A stretch of 25,086 nucleotides of DNA from Utricularia gibba (Eukaryota > Plantae > Magnoliophyta), in the NCBI GenBank assembly GCA_002189035.1, contig NEEC01000249.1, forward strand, positions 1-25,086, written 5' to 3'. The notes under the pieces were generated by a model. It saw only the letters and a program-made list of their open reading frames with translations, had not been told where the DNA came from and searched no databases. Below, piece by piece: positions 7,701 to 19,700 of this stretch. Both the position numbers and the translations under genes were made by a program. Numbering within the stretch: the stretch's first letter is position 1; every line of letters begins with the position of its first letter.

Positions 7701-10700
7701 TTTATTGAAGTGAGGATCTCAGACCAAAGTCAGCGCAACAACAGCTTGCTGATGCACACTTGAGAAGTGTTGGGTTGGGTCGGCGGCTGCCCACCATCGG
7801 GCCGGAATTCGGGTCGGGCTTGGGGACCGTCAGCTGTGGCCCGTCAAAAGAAGTGATGCATTTATTAACGTTGGGTTGTCGGCGGCTGCCCACATGGTTT
7901 TTCAAGCAACAGCTTGCCGTTTTAAGGTGGGTGCTGTCGTTGGCAGCTTTACTCGATGAAAATCGTGATGCCATGAGCGCCCCAAATGGTTTTCTCAACA
8001 ACCTGGACGAGGTGCTCTAGGCTGGCACTAGTATCGAGCAAATGGTCGAGTCGCGCTCTGGCCCATAGTCATTTGTAGCCCGGCCAAAAAAGTGATGCAT
8101 TTATTAACGTTGGGTTTTCGGCGGCTGCCTACATGCGGAAAAGTTGAACTTCGTCCGGACCCAAGGTTCGGTCTGACTTCACAGCACAATAAGGTCCCAT
8201 TCGACGAAAATCGTGATACCTTTATTGAAGTTAGGATGATGCTTTTTTCAACAGCATGAGAGAAGGCGCTTTTGTGGGTCACCAGATCGGGCCGGAATTC
8301 GGGTTTCAGCTGTAGCTGATGCATTTATTAACGTTGGGTTGTCGGCGGCTGCCCACATGGTTTTTCAAGCAACAGCTTGCCGTTTTATGCTGTCGTTGGC
8401 AGCTTTGTAAGGGCCCAAGGTTTGGTCTGGCTCCTGAGCCCAATCGGGTCCTACTCGATGAAAATCGTGATGCATTTAATGAAGTTAGATGTCATGAGCG
8501 CCCCAAATGGTTTTCTCAACAACCTGATTTATATTTGACGAGGTGCTCTAGGCTGGCACTAGTATCGAGCAAATGGTCGAGTCGCGCTCTGGCCCATAGT
8601 CATTTGTAGCCCGGCCAAAAAAGTGATGCATTTATTAACGTTGGGTTTTCGGCGGCTGCCTACATGCTTTTTCAAGGAAAAGTTGTCGTTTTTTGGCGGG
8701 TGCTGTTGTTGGGAACTTCGTCCGGACCCAAGGTTCGGTCTGACTTCACAGCACAATAAGGTCCCATTCGACGAAAATCGTGATACCTTTATTGAAGTTA
8801 GGATCTCATGACCACCCCATGCTCAAGACCACCCCAAATGCTTTTTTTCAACAGCATGCTATAACTTGAGAAGGCGCTTTTGTGGGTCACCGAGATCGGG
8901 CCGGAATTCGGGTCGAGGCTTGGGGGAAAGTCAGAGCTGTAAATTAAGTTGGGTTGCGGCGGGTTGGGTTGGTTTTTCATGGTTTTTCAAGCAACAGCTT
9001 GCCGTTTTAAGGGGGTGCTGTCGTTGGCAGCTTTGTAAGGGCCCAAGGTTTGGTCTGGCTCCTGAGCCCAATCGGGTCCTACTCGATGAAAATCGTGATG
9101 CATTTAATGAAGTTAGGATGTCATGAGCGCCCCAAATGGTTTTCTCAACAACCTGATTTATATTTGACGAGGTGCTCTAGGCTGGCACTAGTATCGAGCA
9201 AATGGTCGAGTCGCGCTCTGGCCCATAGTCATTTGTAGCCCGGCCAAAAAAGTGATGCATTTATTAACGTTGGGTTTTCGGCGGCTGCCTACATGCTTTT
9301 TCAAGGAAAAGTTGTCGTTTTTTGGCGGGTGCTGTTGTTGGGAACTTCGTCCGGACCCAAGGTTCGGTCTGACTTCACAGCACAATAAGGTCCCATTCGA
9401 CGAAAATCGTGATACCTTTATTGAAGTTAGGATCTCATGACCACCCCAAATGCTTTTTTCAACAGCATGCTTATATTTTGACTTGAGAAAGTCAGCTGTA
9501 GCTGATGCATTGTACCATTGCCGTTTTATGCTGTCGTTGGCAGCTTTGTAAGGGCCCAAGGTTTGGTCTGGCTCCTTAGCCCAATCGGGTCCTACTCGAT
9601 GAAAATCGTGATGCATTTAATGAAGCCGCAAATGGTCTCAGCTGCTCTAGGCTGGCAGTATCGAGCAAAGAAGTCATTTGTAGCCCGGCCAAAAAAGTGA
9701 TGCATTTATTAACGTTGGGTTTTCGGCGGCTGCCTACATGCTTTTTCAAGGAAAAGTTGTCGTTTTTTGGCGGGTGCTGTTGTTGGGAACTTCGTCCGGA
9801 CCCAAGGTTCGGTCTGACTTCACAGCACAATAAGGTCCCATTCGACGAAAATCGTGATACCTTTATTGAAGTTAGGATCTCATGGCTTTTAACAGCATGC
9901 TCACTTGAGAAGGCCACCCAAAGCTGCTTTTTTCAACAACATGCTGGCAGCCCAAGGCGGGTCGGGTCCTACTCGATGAAAATCGTGATGCATTTAATGA
10001 AGTTAGGATGTCATGAGCGCCCCAAATGGTTTTCTCAACAACCTGATTTATACGGGCCGACTAGTATCGAGCAAATGGTCGAGTCGCGCTCTGGGGCTGA
10101 TGCACGTAGCTGGAAAAGTTGTCGTTTTTTGGCGGGTGCTGTTGTTGGGAACTTCGTCCGGACCCAAGGTTCGGTCTGACTTCACAGCACAATAAGGTCC
10201 CATTCGACGAAAATCGTGATACCTTTATTGAAGCTCATTGCTAACAGCATGCTATACACTTGTTTTGTGGGTTCGGGCCGGAATTCGGGTCGAACAAGTG
10301 ATGCATTTATTAACAATGCGCAGCTTGCCGTTTTAAGGCATGCGGTTTTCAGCTCGGACTCGATGAAGTGATGCATCGTGGTTTGGTGCTGGCTTTAGAG
10401 CCGAATAGTCATTCCCGTCCGTACCCAAGGTTGAACTTCACCCAAGGTTCGGTCTGACTTCACAGCATAAGGTCCCATTCGACGAAAATCGTGATACCTT
10501 TATTGAAGTTAGGATCTCATGATGCTTTTTTCAACAGCATGATACACTTGAGAAGGCGCTTTTGTGGGTCACCGAGATCGGGCCGGAATTCGGGTCGGCT
10601 CGGGCCCAAAGTCAGCTGTAGCTGATGCATTTATTAACGTTGGGTTGTCGGCGGCTGCCCACATGGTTTTTCAAGCAACAGCTTGCCGTTTTATGCTGTA

Positions 10701-13700
10701 GCTTTGTAAGGGCCCAAGGTTTGACGAGCGCATCCGCGGCAACTGAGTATCGATAGCAAATGGTCGAATAGTCATTTGTAGCCCGGCCAAAAAAGTGATG
10801 CATTTATTAACGTTGGGTTTTCGGCGGCTGCCTACATGCTTTTTCAAGGAAAAGTTGTCGTTTTTTGGCGGGTGCTGTTGTTGGGAACTTCGTCCGGACC
10901 CAAGGTTCGGTCTGACTTCACAGCACAATAAGGTCCCATTCGACGAAAATCGTGATACCTTTATTGAAGTTAGGATGGGCATGCTGAGAAGGCGCACCGA
11001 GATTTCGGGTCGGCTTTGTAGCCCGACAAAAGAAGTGATGCCACATGGTTTTTCAAGCAACAGCTTGCCGTTTTAAGGCTAGCCCCAAGGTTTGGTCTGG
11101 CTCCTGAGAATCGGGTCCTACTCGATGAAAATCGTGATGCATTTAATGAAGTTAGGATGTCATGTGATCGCCGGAAATCGGGGTCGAGTCGCGCTCTGGG
11201 TCAAGCCCGGCCAAAAAAGTGATGCATTTATTAACGCGGCGGCTGCCTACATGCCAAGGAAAAGTTGTCGTTTTTTGGCGGGTAAAAAGACTTCACAGTA
11301 TCGACGCATACCTTTATTGAAGTTAGGATCGACGCGCATGCTGTTTTGTGGGTCATCGGCCCGGAATTCGGGTCCTTTGTAGTGATGCATTTCAAAGCAA
11401 CAGCTTGCCGTTTTATGCATTTATTAGCTTTACTCGATGAAAATCGTGATGCATTTAATGAAGTTAGGATGTCATGAGCGGGTTTGGACCTCTACATCTT
11501 TCCGCAAGGTAAAAGTGATGCCGTACATCGTTGTCGTTTTTTGGCGGGTGCTGTTGTTGGGAACTTCGTCCGGACCCAAGGTTCGGTCTGACTTCACAGC
11601 ACAATAAGGTCCCATTCGACGAAAATCGTGATACCTTTATTGAAGTTAGGATCTCATGACCACCCCAAATGCTCAACAGCATGCTAGAGAAGGCGCCACC
11701 GAAATTTTTTCTCAACATGCTATGCTGTAGCATTTGAGCCCAATCGGGTCCTACTCGATGAAAATCGTGATGCATTTAATGAAGTTAGGATGTCATGAGC
11801 GCCCCAAATGGTTTTCTCAACAACCTGATTTATATTTGACGAGGTGCTCTAGGCTGGCACTAGTATCGAGCAAATGGTCGAGTCGCGCTCTGGCCCATAG
11901 TCATTTGTAGCCCGGCCAAAAAAGTGATGCATTTATTAACGTTGGGTTTTCGGCGGCTGCCTACATGCTTTTTCAAGGAAAAGTTGTCGTTTTTTGGCGG
12001 GTGCTGTTGTTGGGAACTTCGTCCGGACCCAAGGTTCGGTCTGACTTCACAGCACAATAAGGTCCCATTCGACGAAAATCGTGATACCTTTATTGAAGTG
12101 AGGATCTCAAGACCACCCCAAATGCTTTTTTCAACAGCATTGCCGTTTTAAGGTGCTGAGAAGGGCGGTTGAGCCCAATCGGGTGCGTGATGCACCCGGT
12201 TTGATCGGGCTCGGACTATATCGGCCGGTCGCGCTTGGGGGAAAGTCAGTAGCTGTAAAAAGAACAGCAGATACGATGATAGCTCATGATGCTCATGGTT
12301 GTGGGTTGTGGTTTCACATGATGCATTTATTAACAAGCAACAGCTTGCCGTTTTAAGGCGGGTGCTGTCGTTGGCAGCGTAAGGGCGGTTTGGTCTGGCT
12401 AGCTAGCCCATGAGCAAATGGTCGGGTCGCTCCTCTGGCCCATAGTCATTGTAGCCCGGCCAAAAAAGTGATGCATTTATTAACGTTGGGTTTTCGGCGG
12501 CTGCCTACATGCTTTTTCAAGGAAAAGTTGTCGTTTTTTGGCGGGTGCTGTTTATGCATTCTTCGTCGCCCCATGGTTCGAGTCAAAACTTTTTCAACAG
12601 ATTTATAAAATGCACTAGGCGATTGTCGAGTCGACCGCCTGGCCCATAGTCATCCGGCCAAAAAAGTGATGCATTTATTAACGTTGGGTTTTCGGCGGCT
12701 GCCTACATGCTTTTTCAAGGAAAAGTTGTCGTTTTTTGGCGGGTGCTGTTGTTGGGAGACGGCGGGTTTTCGGAGCCGCAAGGAAAAAAGTTGTAGCGTC
12801 CATTTATTAACGTTGGGTTGTCGGCGGCTGCCCACATGGTTTTTCAAGCAACAGCTTGCCGTTTTAAGAATTCGGCTCCGGACCCATGCAGAAGTTCATG
12901 GTCTCATGACCTCTACACCAGCAAATGGTCGAATAGTCATTTGTAGCCCGGCCAAAAAAGTGATGCATTTATTAACGTTGGGTTTTCGGCGGCTGCCTAC
13001 ATGCTTTTTCAAGGAAAAGTTGTCGTTTTTTGAACTTCGTCCGGACCCAAGGTTCGGTCTGACTTCACAGCACAATAAGGTCCCATTCGACGAAAATCGT
13101 GATACCTTTATTGAAGTTAGGATCTCATGACCACCCCAAATGCTTTTTTCAACAGCATGCGGAATTCGGGGCTTCGGTTTGGGGACAAAGTCAGCTGTAG
13201 CCCGTCAAAAGAAGTGATGCATTTATTAACGTTGGGTTGTCGGCTTGAAGAACGCTTTTAGCAAGGGTCACTCGATGAAAATCATTTAATGAAGCCGGAA
13301 TTTTTAACGGGTCGGCTGTCGGGGACAAATTTGTCAGCTGTAGCCCGTCAAAAGAAGTGATGGGTTTATTAACGTTGGGTTGTGATGCGGCTGCCCACAA
13401 GGTTTTTCAAGCATGAGCTTGCCGTTTTAAGGTGGGTGCTGTCGTTTCTCAGCTTTGTAAGGGCCCAAGGTTTGACGAGGTGCTCTAGGCTGGCACTAGT
13501 ATCGAGCAAATGGTCGAGTCGCGCTCTGGCCCATAGTCATTTGTAGCCCGGCCAAAAAAGTGATGCATTTATTAACGTTGGGTTTTCGGCGGCTGCCTAC
13601 ATGCTTTTTCAAGGAAAAGTTGTCGTTTTTTGGCGGGTGCTGTTCGTGATGCATTTACTGAAGTTATGATGTCATGAGCGCCCCAAATGGTTTTCTCAAC

Positions 13701-13716
13701 AACCTGACAATAAGGT
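7701..13716 (+). repeat. Scrambled or degenerate satellite zone: truncated, chimeric A/B fragments with irregular period
   Basis: Intact A cores (8623, 9252, 9697, 10795, 11924) are interspersed with mosaics of short satellite words (e.g. 8930-8980, 11270-11345, 12150-12330, 12570-12650). No long non-satellite stretch is visible. Confidence 0.85.
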
Positions 13717-16700
13717 TTGACGAGGTGCTCTAGGCTGGCGTGATACGAGCAAATGGTTATTGAAGTCGGATCTGGCCCATAGTCATTTGTAGCCCGGCCA
13801 AAAAAGTGATGCATTTTATTAACGTTGGGTTTTCGGCGGCTGCCTACATGCTTTTTCAAGGAAAAGTTGTCGTTTTTTGGCGGGTGCTGTTGTTGGGAAC
13901 TTCGTCCGGACCCAAGGTTCGGTCTGACTTCACAGCACAATAAGGTCCCATTCGACGAAAATCGTGATACCTTTATTGAAGTGAGGATCTCAAGACCACC
14001 CCAAATGCTTTTTCAACAGCATGCTATACACTTGAGAAGGCGCTTTTGTGGGTCACCGAGATCGGGCCGGAATTCGGGTCGGGCTTGGGGGACAAAGTCA
14101 GCTGTAGCCCGTCAAAAGAAGTGATGCATTTATTAACGTTGGGTTGTCGGCGGCTGCCCACATGGTTTTTCAAGCAACAGCTTGCCGTTTTAAGGTGGGT
14201 GCTGTCGTTGGCAGCTTTGTAAGGGCCCAAGGTTTGGTCTGGCTCCTTAGCCCAATCGGGTCCTACTCGATGAAAATCGTGATGCATTTAATGAGTTATG
14301 ATGTCATGAGCGCCCCAAATGGTTTTCTCAACAACCTGATTTATATTTGACGAGGTGCTCTAGGCTGGCACTAGTATCGAGCAAATGGTCGAGTCGCGCT
14401 CTGGCCCATAGTCATTTGTAGCCCGGCCAAAAAAGTGATGCATTTATTAACGTTGGGTTTTCGGCGGCTGCCTACATGCTTTTTCAAGGAAAAGTTGTCG
14501 TTTTTTGGCGGGTGCTGTTGTTGGGAACTTCGTCCGGACCCAAGGTTCGGTCTGACTTCACAGCACAATAAGGTCCCATTCGACGAAAATCGTGATACCT
14601 TTATTGAAGTGAGGATCTCAGACCACCCCAAATGCTTTTTTCAACAGCATGCTTTAAACTTGAGAAGGCGCTTTTGTGGGTCACCCAGATCGGGCCGGAA
14701 TTCGGGTCGGGCTTGGGGACAAAGTCAGCTGTAGCCCGTCAAAAGAAGTGATGCATTTATTAACGTTGGGTTGTCGCGGCTGCCCACATGGTTTTTCAAG
14801 CAACAGCTTGCCGTTTTAAGGTGGGTGCTGTCGTTGGCAGCTTTGTAAGGGCCCAAGGTTTGGTCTGGCTCCTTAGCCCAATCGGGTCCTACTCGATGAA
14901 AATCGTGATGCATTTAATGAAGTTATGATGTCATGAGCGCCCCAAATGGTTTTCTCAACAACCTGATTTATATTTGACGAGGTGCTCTAGGCTGGCACTA
15001 GTATCGAGCAAATGGTCGAGTCGCGCTCTGGCCCATAGTCATTTGTAGCCCGGCCCAAAAAAGTGATGCATTTATTAACGTTGGGTTTTCGGCGGCTGCC
15101 TACATGCTTTTTCAAGGAAAAGTTGTCGTTTTTTGGCGGGTGCTGTTGTTGGGAACTTCGTCCGGACCCAAGGTTCGGTCTGACTTCACAGCACAATAAG
15201 GTCCCATTCGACGAAAATCGTGATACCTTTATTGAAGTGAGGATCTCAAGACCACCCCAAATGCTTTTTTCAACAGCATGCTTTACACTTGAGAAGGCGC
15301 TTTTGTGGGTCACCAGATCGGGCCGGAATTCGGGTCGGGCTTGGGGGACAAAGTCAGCTGTAGCCCGTCAAAAGAAGTGATGCATTTATTAACGTTGGGT
15401 TGTCGGCGGCTGCCCACATGGTTTTTCAAGCAACAGCTTGCCGTTTTAAGGTGGGTGCTGTCGTTGGCAGCTTGTAAGGGCCCAAGGTTTGGTCTGGCTC
15501 CTTAGCCCAATCGGGTCCTACTCGATGAAAATCGTGATGCATTTAATGGAGTTATGATGTCATGAGCGCCCCAAATGGTTTTCTCAACAACCTGATTTAT
15601 ATTTGACGAGGTGCTCTAGGCTGGCACTAGTATCGAGCAAATGGTCGAGTCGCGCTCTGGCCCATAGTCATTTGTAGCCCGGCCAAAAAAGTGATGCATT
15701 TATTAACGTTGGGTTTTCGGCGGCTGCCTACATGCTTTTTCAAGGAAAAGTTGTCGTTTTTTGGCGGGTGCTTGTTGGGAACTTCGTCCGGACCCAAGGT
15801 TCGGTCTGACTTCACAGCACAATAAGGTCCCATTCGACGAAAATCGTGATACCTTTATTGAAGTGAGGATCTCAGACCACCCCAAATGCTTTTTTCAACA
15901 GCATGCTATACACTTGAGAAGGCGCTTTTGTGGGTCACCGAGATCGGGCCGGAATTCGGGTCGGGCTTGGGGACAAAGTCAGCTGTAGCCCGTCAAAAGA
16001 AGTGATGCATTTATTAACGTTGGGTTGTCGGCGGCTGCCCACATGGTTTTTCAAGCAACAGCTTGCCGTTTTAAGGTGGGTGCTGTCGTTGGCAGCTTTG
16101 TAAGGGCCCAAGGTTTGGTCTGGCTCCTTAGCCCAATCGGGTCCTACTCGATGAAAATCGTGATGCATTTAATGAGTTATGATGTCATGAGCGCCCCAAA
16201 TGGTTTTCTCAACAACCTGATTTATTTGACGAGGTGCTCTAGGCTGGCACTAGTATCGAGCAAATGGTCGAGTCGCGCTCTGGCCCATAGTCATTTGTAG
16301 CCCGGCCAAAAAAGTGATGCATTTATTAACGTTGGGTTTTCGGCGGCTGCCTACATGCTTTTTCAAGGAAAAGTTGTCGTTTTTTGGCGGGTGCTGTTGT
16401 TGGGAACTTCGTCCGGACCCAAGGTTCGGTCTGACTTCACAGCACAATAAGGTCCCATTCGACGAAAATCGTGATACCTTTATTGAAGTGAGGATCTCAA
16501 GACCACCCCAAATGCTTTTTTCAACAGCATGCTATACACTTGAGAAGGCGCTTTTGTGGGTCACCAGATCGGGCCGGAATTCGGGTCGGGCTTGGGGACA
16601 AAGTCAGCTGTAGCCCGTCAAAAGAAGTGATGCATTTATTAACGTTGGGTTGTCGGCGGCTGCCCACATGGTTTTTCAAGCAACAGCTTGCCGTTTTAAG

Positions 16701-19700
16701 GTGGGTGCTGTCGTTGGCAGCTTTGTAAGGGCCCAAGGTTTGGTCTGGCTCCTTAGCCCAATCGGGTCCTACTCGATGAAAATCGTGATGCATTTAATGA
16801 AGTTATGATGTCATGAGCGCCCCAAATGGTTTTCTCAACAACCTGATTTATATTTGACGAGGTGCTCTAGGCTGGCACTAGTATCGAGCAAATGGTCGAG
16901 TCGCGCTCTGGCCCATAGTCATTTGTAGCCCGGCCAAAAAAGTGATGCATTTATTAACGTTGGGTTTTCGGCGGCTGCCTACATGCTTTTCAAGGAAAAG
17001 TTGTCGTTTTTTGGCGGGTGCTGTTGTTGGGAACTTCGTCCGGACCCAAGGTTCGGTCTGACTTCACAGCACAATAAGGTCCCATTCGACGAAAATCGTG
17101 ATACCTTTATTGAAGTGAGGATCTCAAGACCACCCCAAATGCTTTTTCAACAGCATGCTATACACTTGAGAAGGCGCTTTTGTGGGTCACCGAGATCGGG
17201 CCGGAATTCGGGTCGGGCTTGGGGACAAAGTCAGCTGTAGCCCGTCAAAAGAAGTGATGCATTTATTAACGTTGGGTTGTCGGCGGCTGCCCACATGTTT
17301 TTCAAGCAACAGCTTGCCGTTTTAAGGTGGGTGCGTTGGCAGCTTTGTAAGGGCCCAAGGTTTGGTCTGGCTCCTTAGCCCAATCGGGTCCTACTCGATG
17401 AAAATCGTGATGCATTTAATGAAGTTATGATGTCATGAGCGCCCCAAATGGTTTTCTCAACAACCTGATTTATATTTGACGAGGTGCTCTAGGCTGGCAC
17501 TAGTATCGAGCAAATGGTCGAGTCGCGCTCTGGCCCATAGTCATTTGTAGCCCGGCCAAAAAAGTGATGCATTTATTAACGTTGGGTTTTCGGCGGCTGC
17601 CTACATGCTTTTTCAAGGAAAAGTTGTCGTTTTTTGGCGGGTGCTGTTGTTACTTCGTCCGGACCCAAGGTTCGGTCTGACTTCACAGCACAATAAGGTC
17701 CCATTCGACGAAAATCGTGATACCTTTATTGAAGTGAGGATCTCATGACCACCCCAAATGCTTTTTTCAACAGCATGCTTATACACTTGAGAAGGCGCTT
17801 TTGTGGGTCACCAGATCGGGCCGGAATTCGGGTCGGGCTTGGGGGACAAAGTCAGCTGTAGCCCGTCAAAAGAAGTGATGCATTTATTAACGTTGGGTTG
17901 TCGGCGGCTGCCCACATGGTTTTTCAAGCAACAGCTTGCCGTTTTAAGGTGGTGCTGTCGTTGGCAGCTTTGTAAGGGCCCAAGGTTTGGTCTGGCTCCT
18001 TAGCCCAATCGGGTCCTACTCGATGAAAATCGTGATGCATTTAATGAAGTTATGATGTCATGAGCGCCCCAAATGGTTTTCTCAACAACCTGATTTATAT
18101 TTGACGAGGTCTAGGCTGGCACTAGTATCGAGCAAATGGTCGAGTCGCGCTCTGGCCCATAGTCATTTGTAGCCCGGCCAAAAAAGTGATGCATTTATTA
18201 ACGTTGGGTTTTCGGCGGCTGCCTACATGCTTTTTCAAGGAAAAGTTGTCGTTTTTTGGCGGGTGCTGTTGTTGGAACTTCGTCCGGACCCAAGGTTCGT
18301 CTGACTTCACAGCACAATAAGGTCCCATTCGACGAAAATCGTGATACCTTTATTGAAGTGAGGATCTCAGACCACCCCAAATGCTTTTTTCAACAGCATG
18401 CTATACACTTGAGAAGGCGCTTTTGTGGGTCACCGAGATCGGGCCGGAATTCGGGTCGGGCTTGGGGACAAAGTCAGCTGTAGCCCGTCAAAAGAAGTGA
18501 TGCATTTATTAACGTTGGGTTGTCGGCGGCTGCCCACATGGTTTTTCAAGCAACAGCTTGCCGTTTTAAGGTGGGTGCTGTCGTTGGCAGCTTTGTAAGG
18601 GCCCAAGGTTTGGTCTGGCTCCTTAGCCCAATCGGGTCCTACTCGATGAAAATCGTGATGCATTTAATGAAGTTATGATGTCATGAGCGCCCCAAATGGT
18701 TTTCTCAACAACCTGATTTATATTTGACGAGGTGCTCTAGGCTGGCACTAGTATCGAGCAAATGGTCGAGTCGCGCTCTGGCCCATAGTCATTTGTAGCC
18801 CGGCCAAAAAAGTGATGCATTTATTAACGTTGGGTTTTCGGCGGCTGCCTACATGCTTTTTCAAGGAAAAGTTGTCGTTTTTTGGCGGGTGCTGTTGTTG
18901 GAACTTCGTCCGGACCCAAGGTTCGGTCTGACTTCACAGCACAATAAGGTCCCATTCGACGAAAATCGTGATACCTTTATTGAAGTGAGGATCTCAAGAC
19001 CACCCCAAATGCTTTTTTCAACAGCATGCTTTACACTTGAGAAGGCGCTTTTGTGGGTCACCGAGATCGGGCCGGAATTCGGGTCGGGCTTGGGGGACAA
19101 AGTCAGCTGTAGCCCGTCAAAAGAAGTGATGCATTTATTAACGTTGGGTTGTCGGCGGCTGCCCACATGGTTTTTCAAGCAACAGCTTGCCGTTTTAAGG
19201 TGGTGCTGTCGTTGGCAGCTTTGTAAGGGCCCAAGGTTTGGTCTGGCTCCTTAGCCCAATCGGGTCCTACTCGATGAAAATCGTGATGCATTTAATGAAG
19301 TTATGATGTCATGAGCGCCCCAAATGGTTTTCTCAACAACCTGATTTATATTTGACGAGGTGCTCTAGGCTGGCACTAGTATCGAGCAAATGGTCGAGTC
19401 GCGCTCTGGCCCATAGTCATTTGTAGCCCGGCCAAAAAAGTGATGCATTTATTAACGTTGGGTTTTCGGCGGCTGCCTACATGCTTTTTCAAGGAAAAGT
19501 TGTCGTTTTTTGGCGGGTGCTGTTGGAACTTCGTCCGGACCCAAGGTTCGGTCTGACTTCACAGCACAATAAGGTCCCATTCGACGAAAATCGTGATACC
19601 TTTATTGAAGTGAGGATCTCAAGACCACCCCAAATGCTTTTTTCAACAGCATGCTTTAACTTGAGAAGGCGCTTTTGTGGGTCACCGAGATCGGGCCGGA

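Noticed and set aside
8948-8976. Telomere-like gggtt or ttagg words (also 7768-7782 and gaagttagg)
   Set aside because: There are only 2-3 imperfect copies, derived from the satellite word gttgggtt, and no true telomeric tract.
12150-12330. Possible foreign insertion or TE fragment in the most divergent stretch
   Set aside because: It parses into degraded B words (gagcccaatcggg, gcttggggga aagtcag, gtgatgc, atgcatttattaac). There are no terminal repeats, target-site duplication or coding remnant.
12575-12585. Pol III B-box-like ggttcgagtc, and ggttcggtc in each A
   Set aside because: The A copy mismatches GTTCRA, there is no properly spaced A box or tRNA fold, and the better match is a one-off within garbled sequence.
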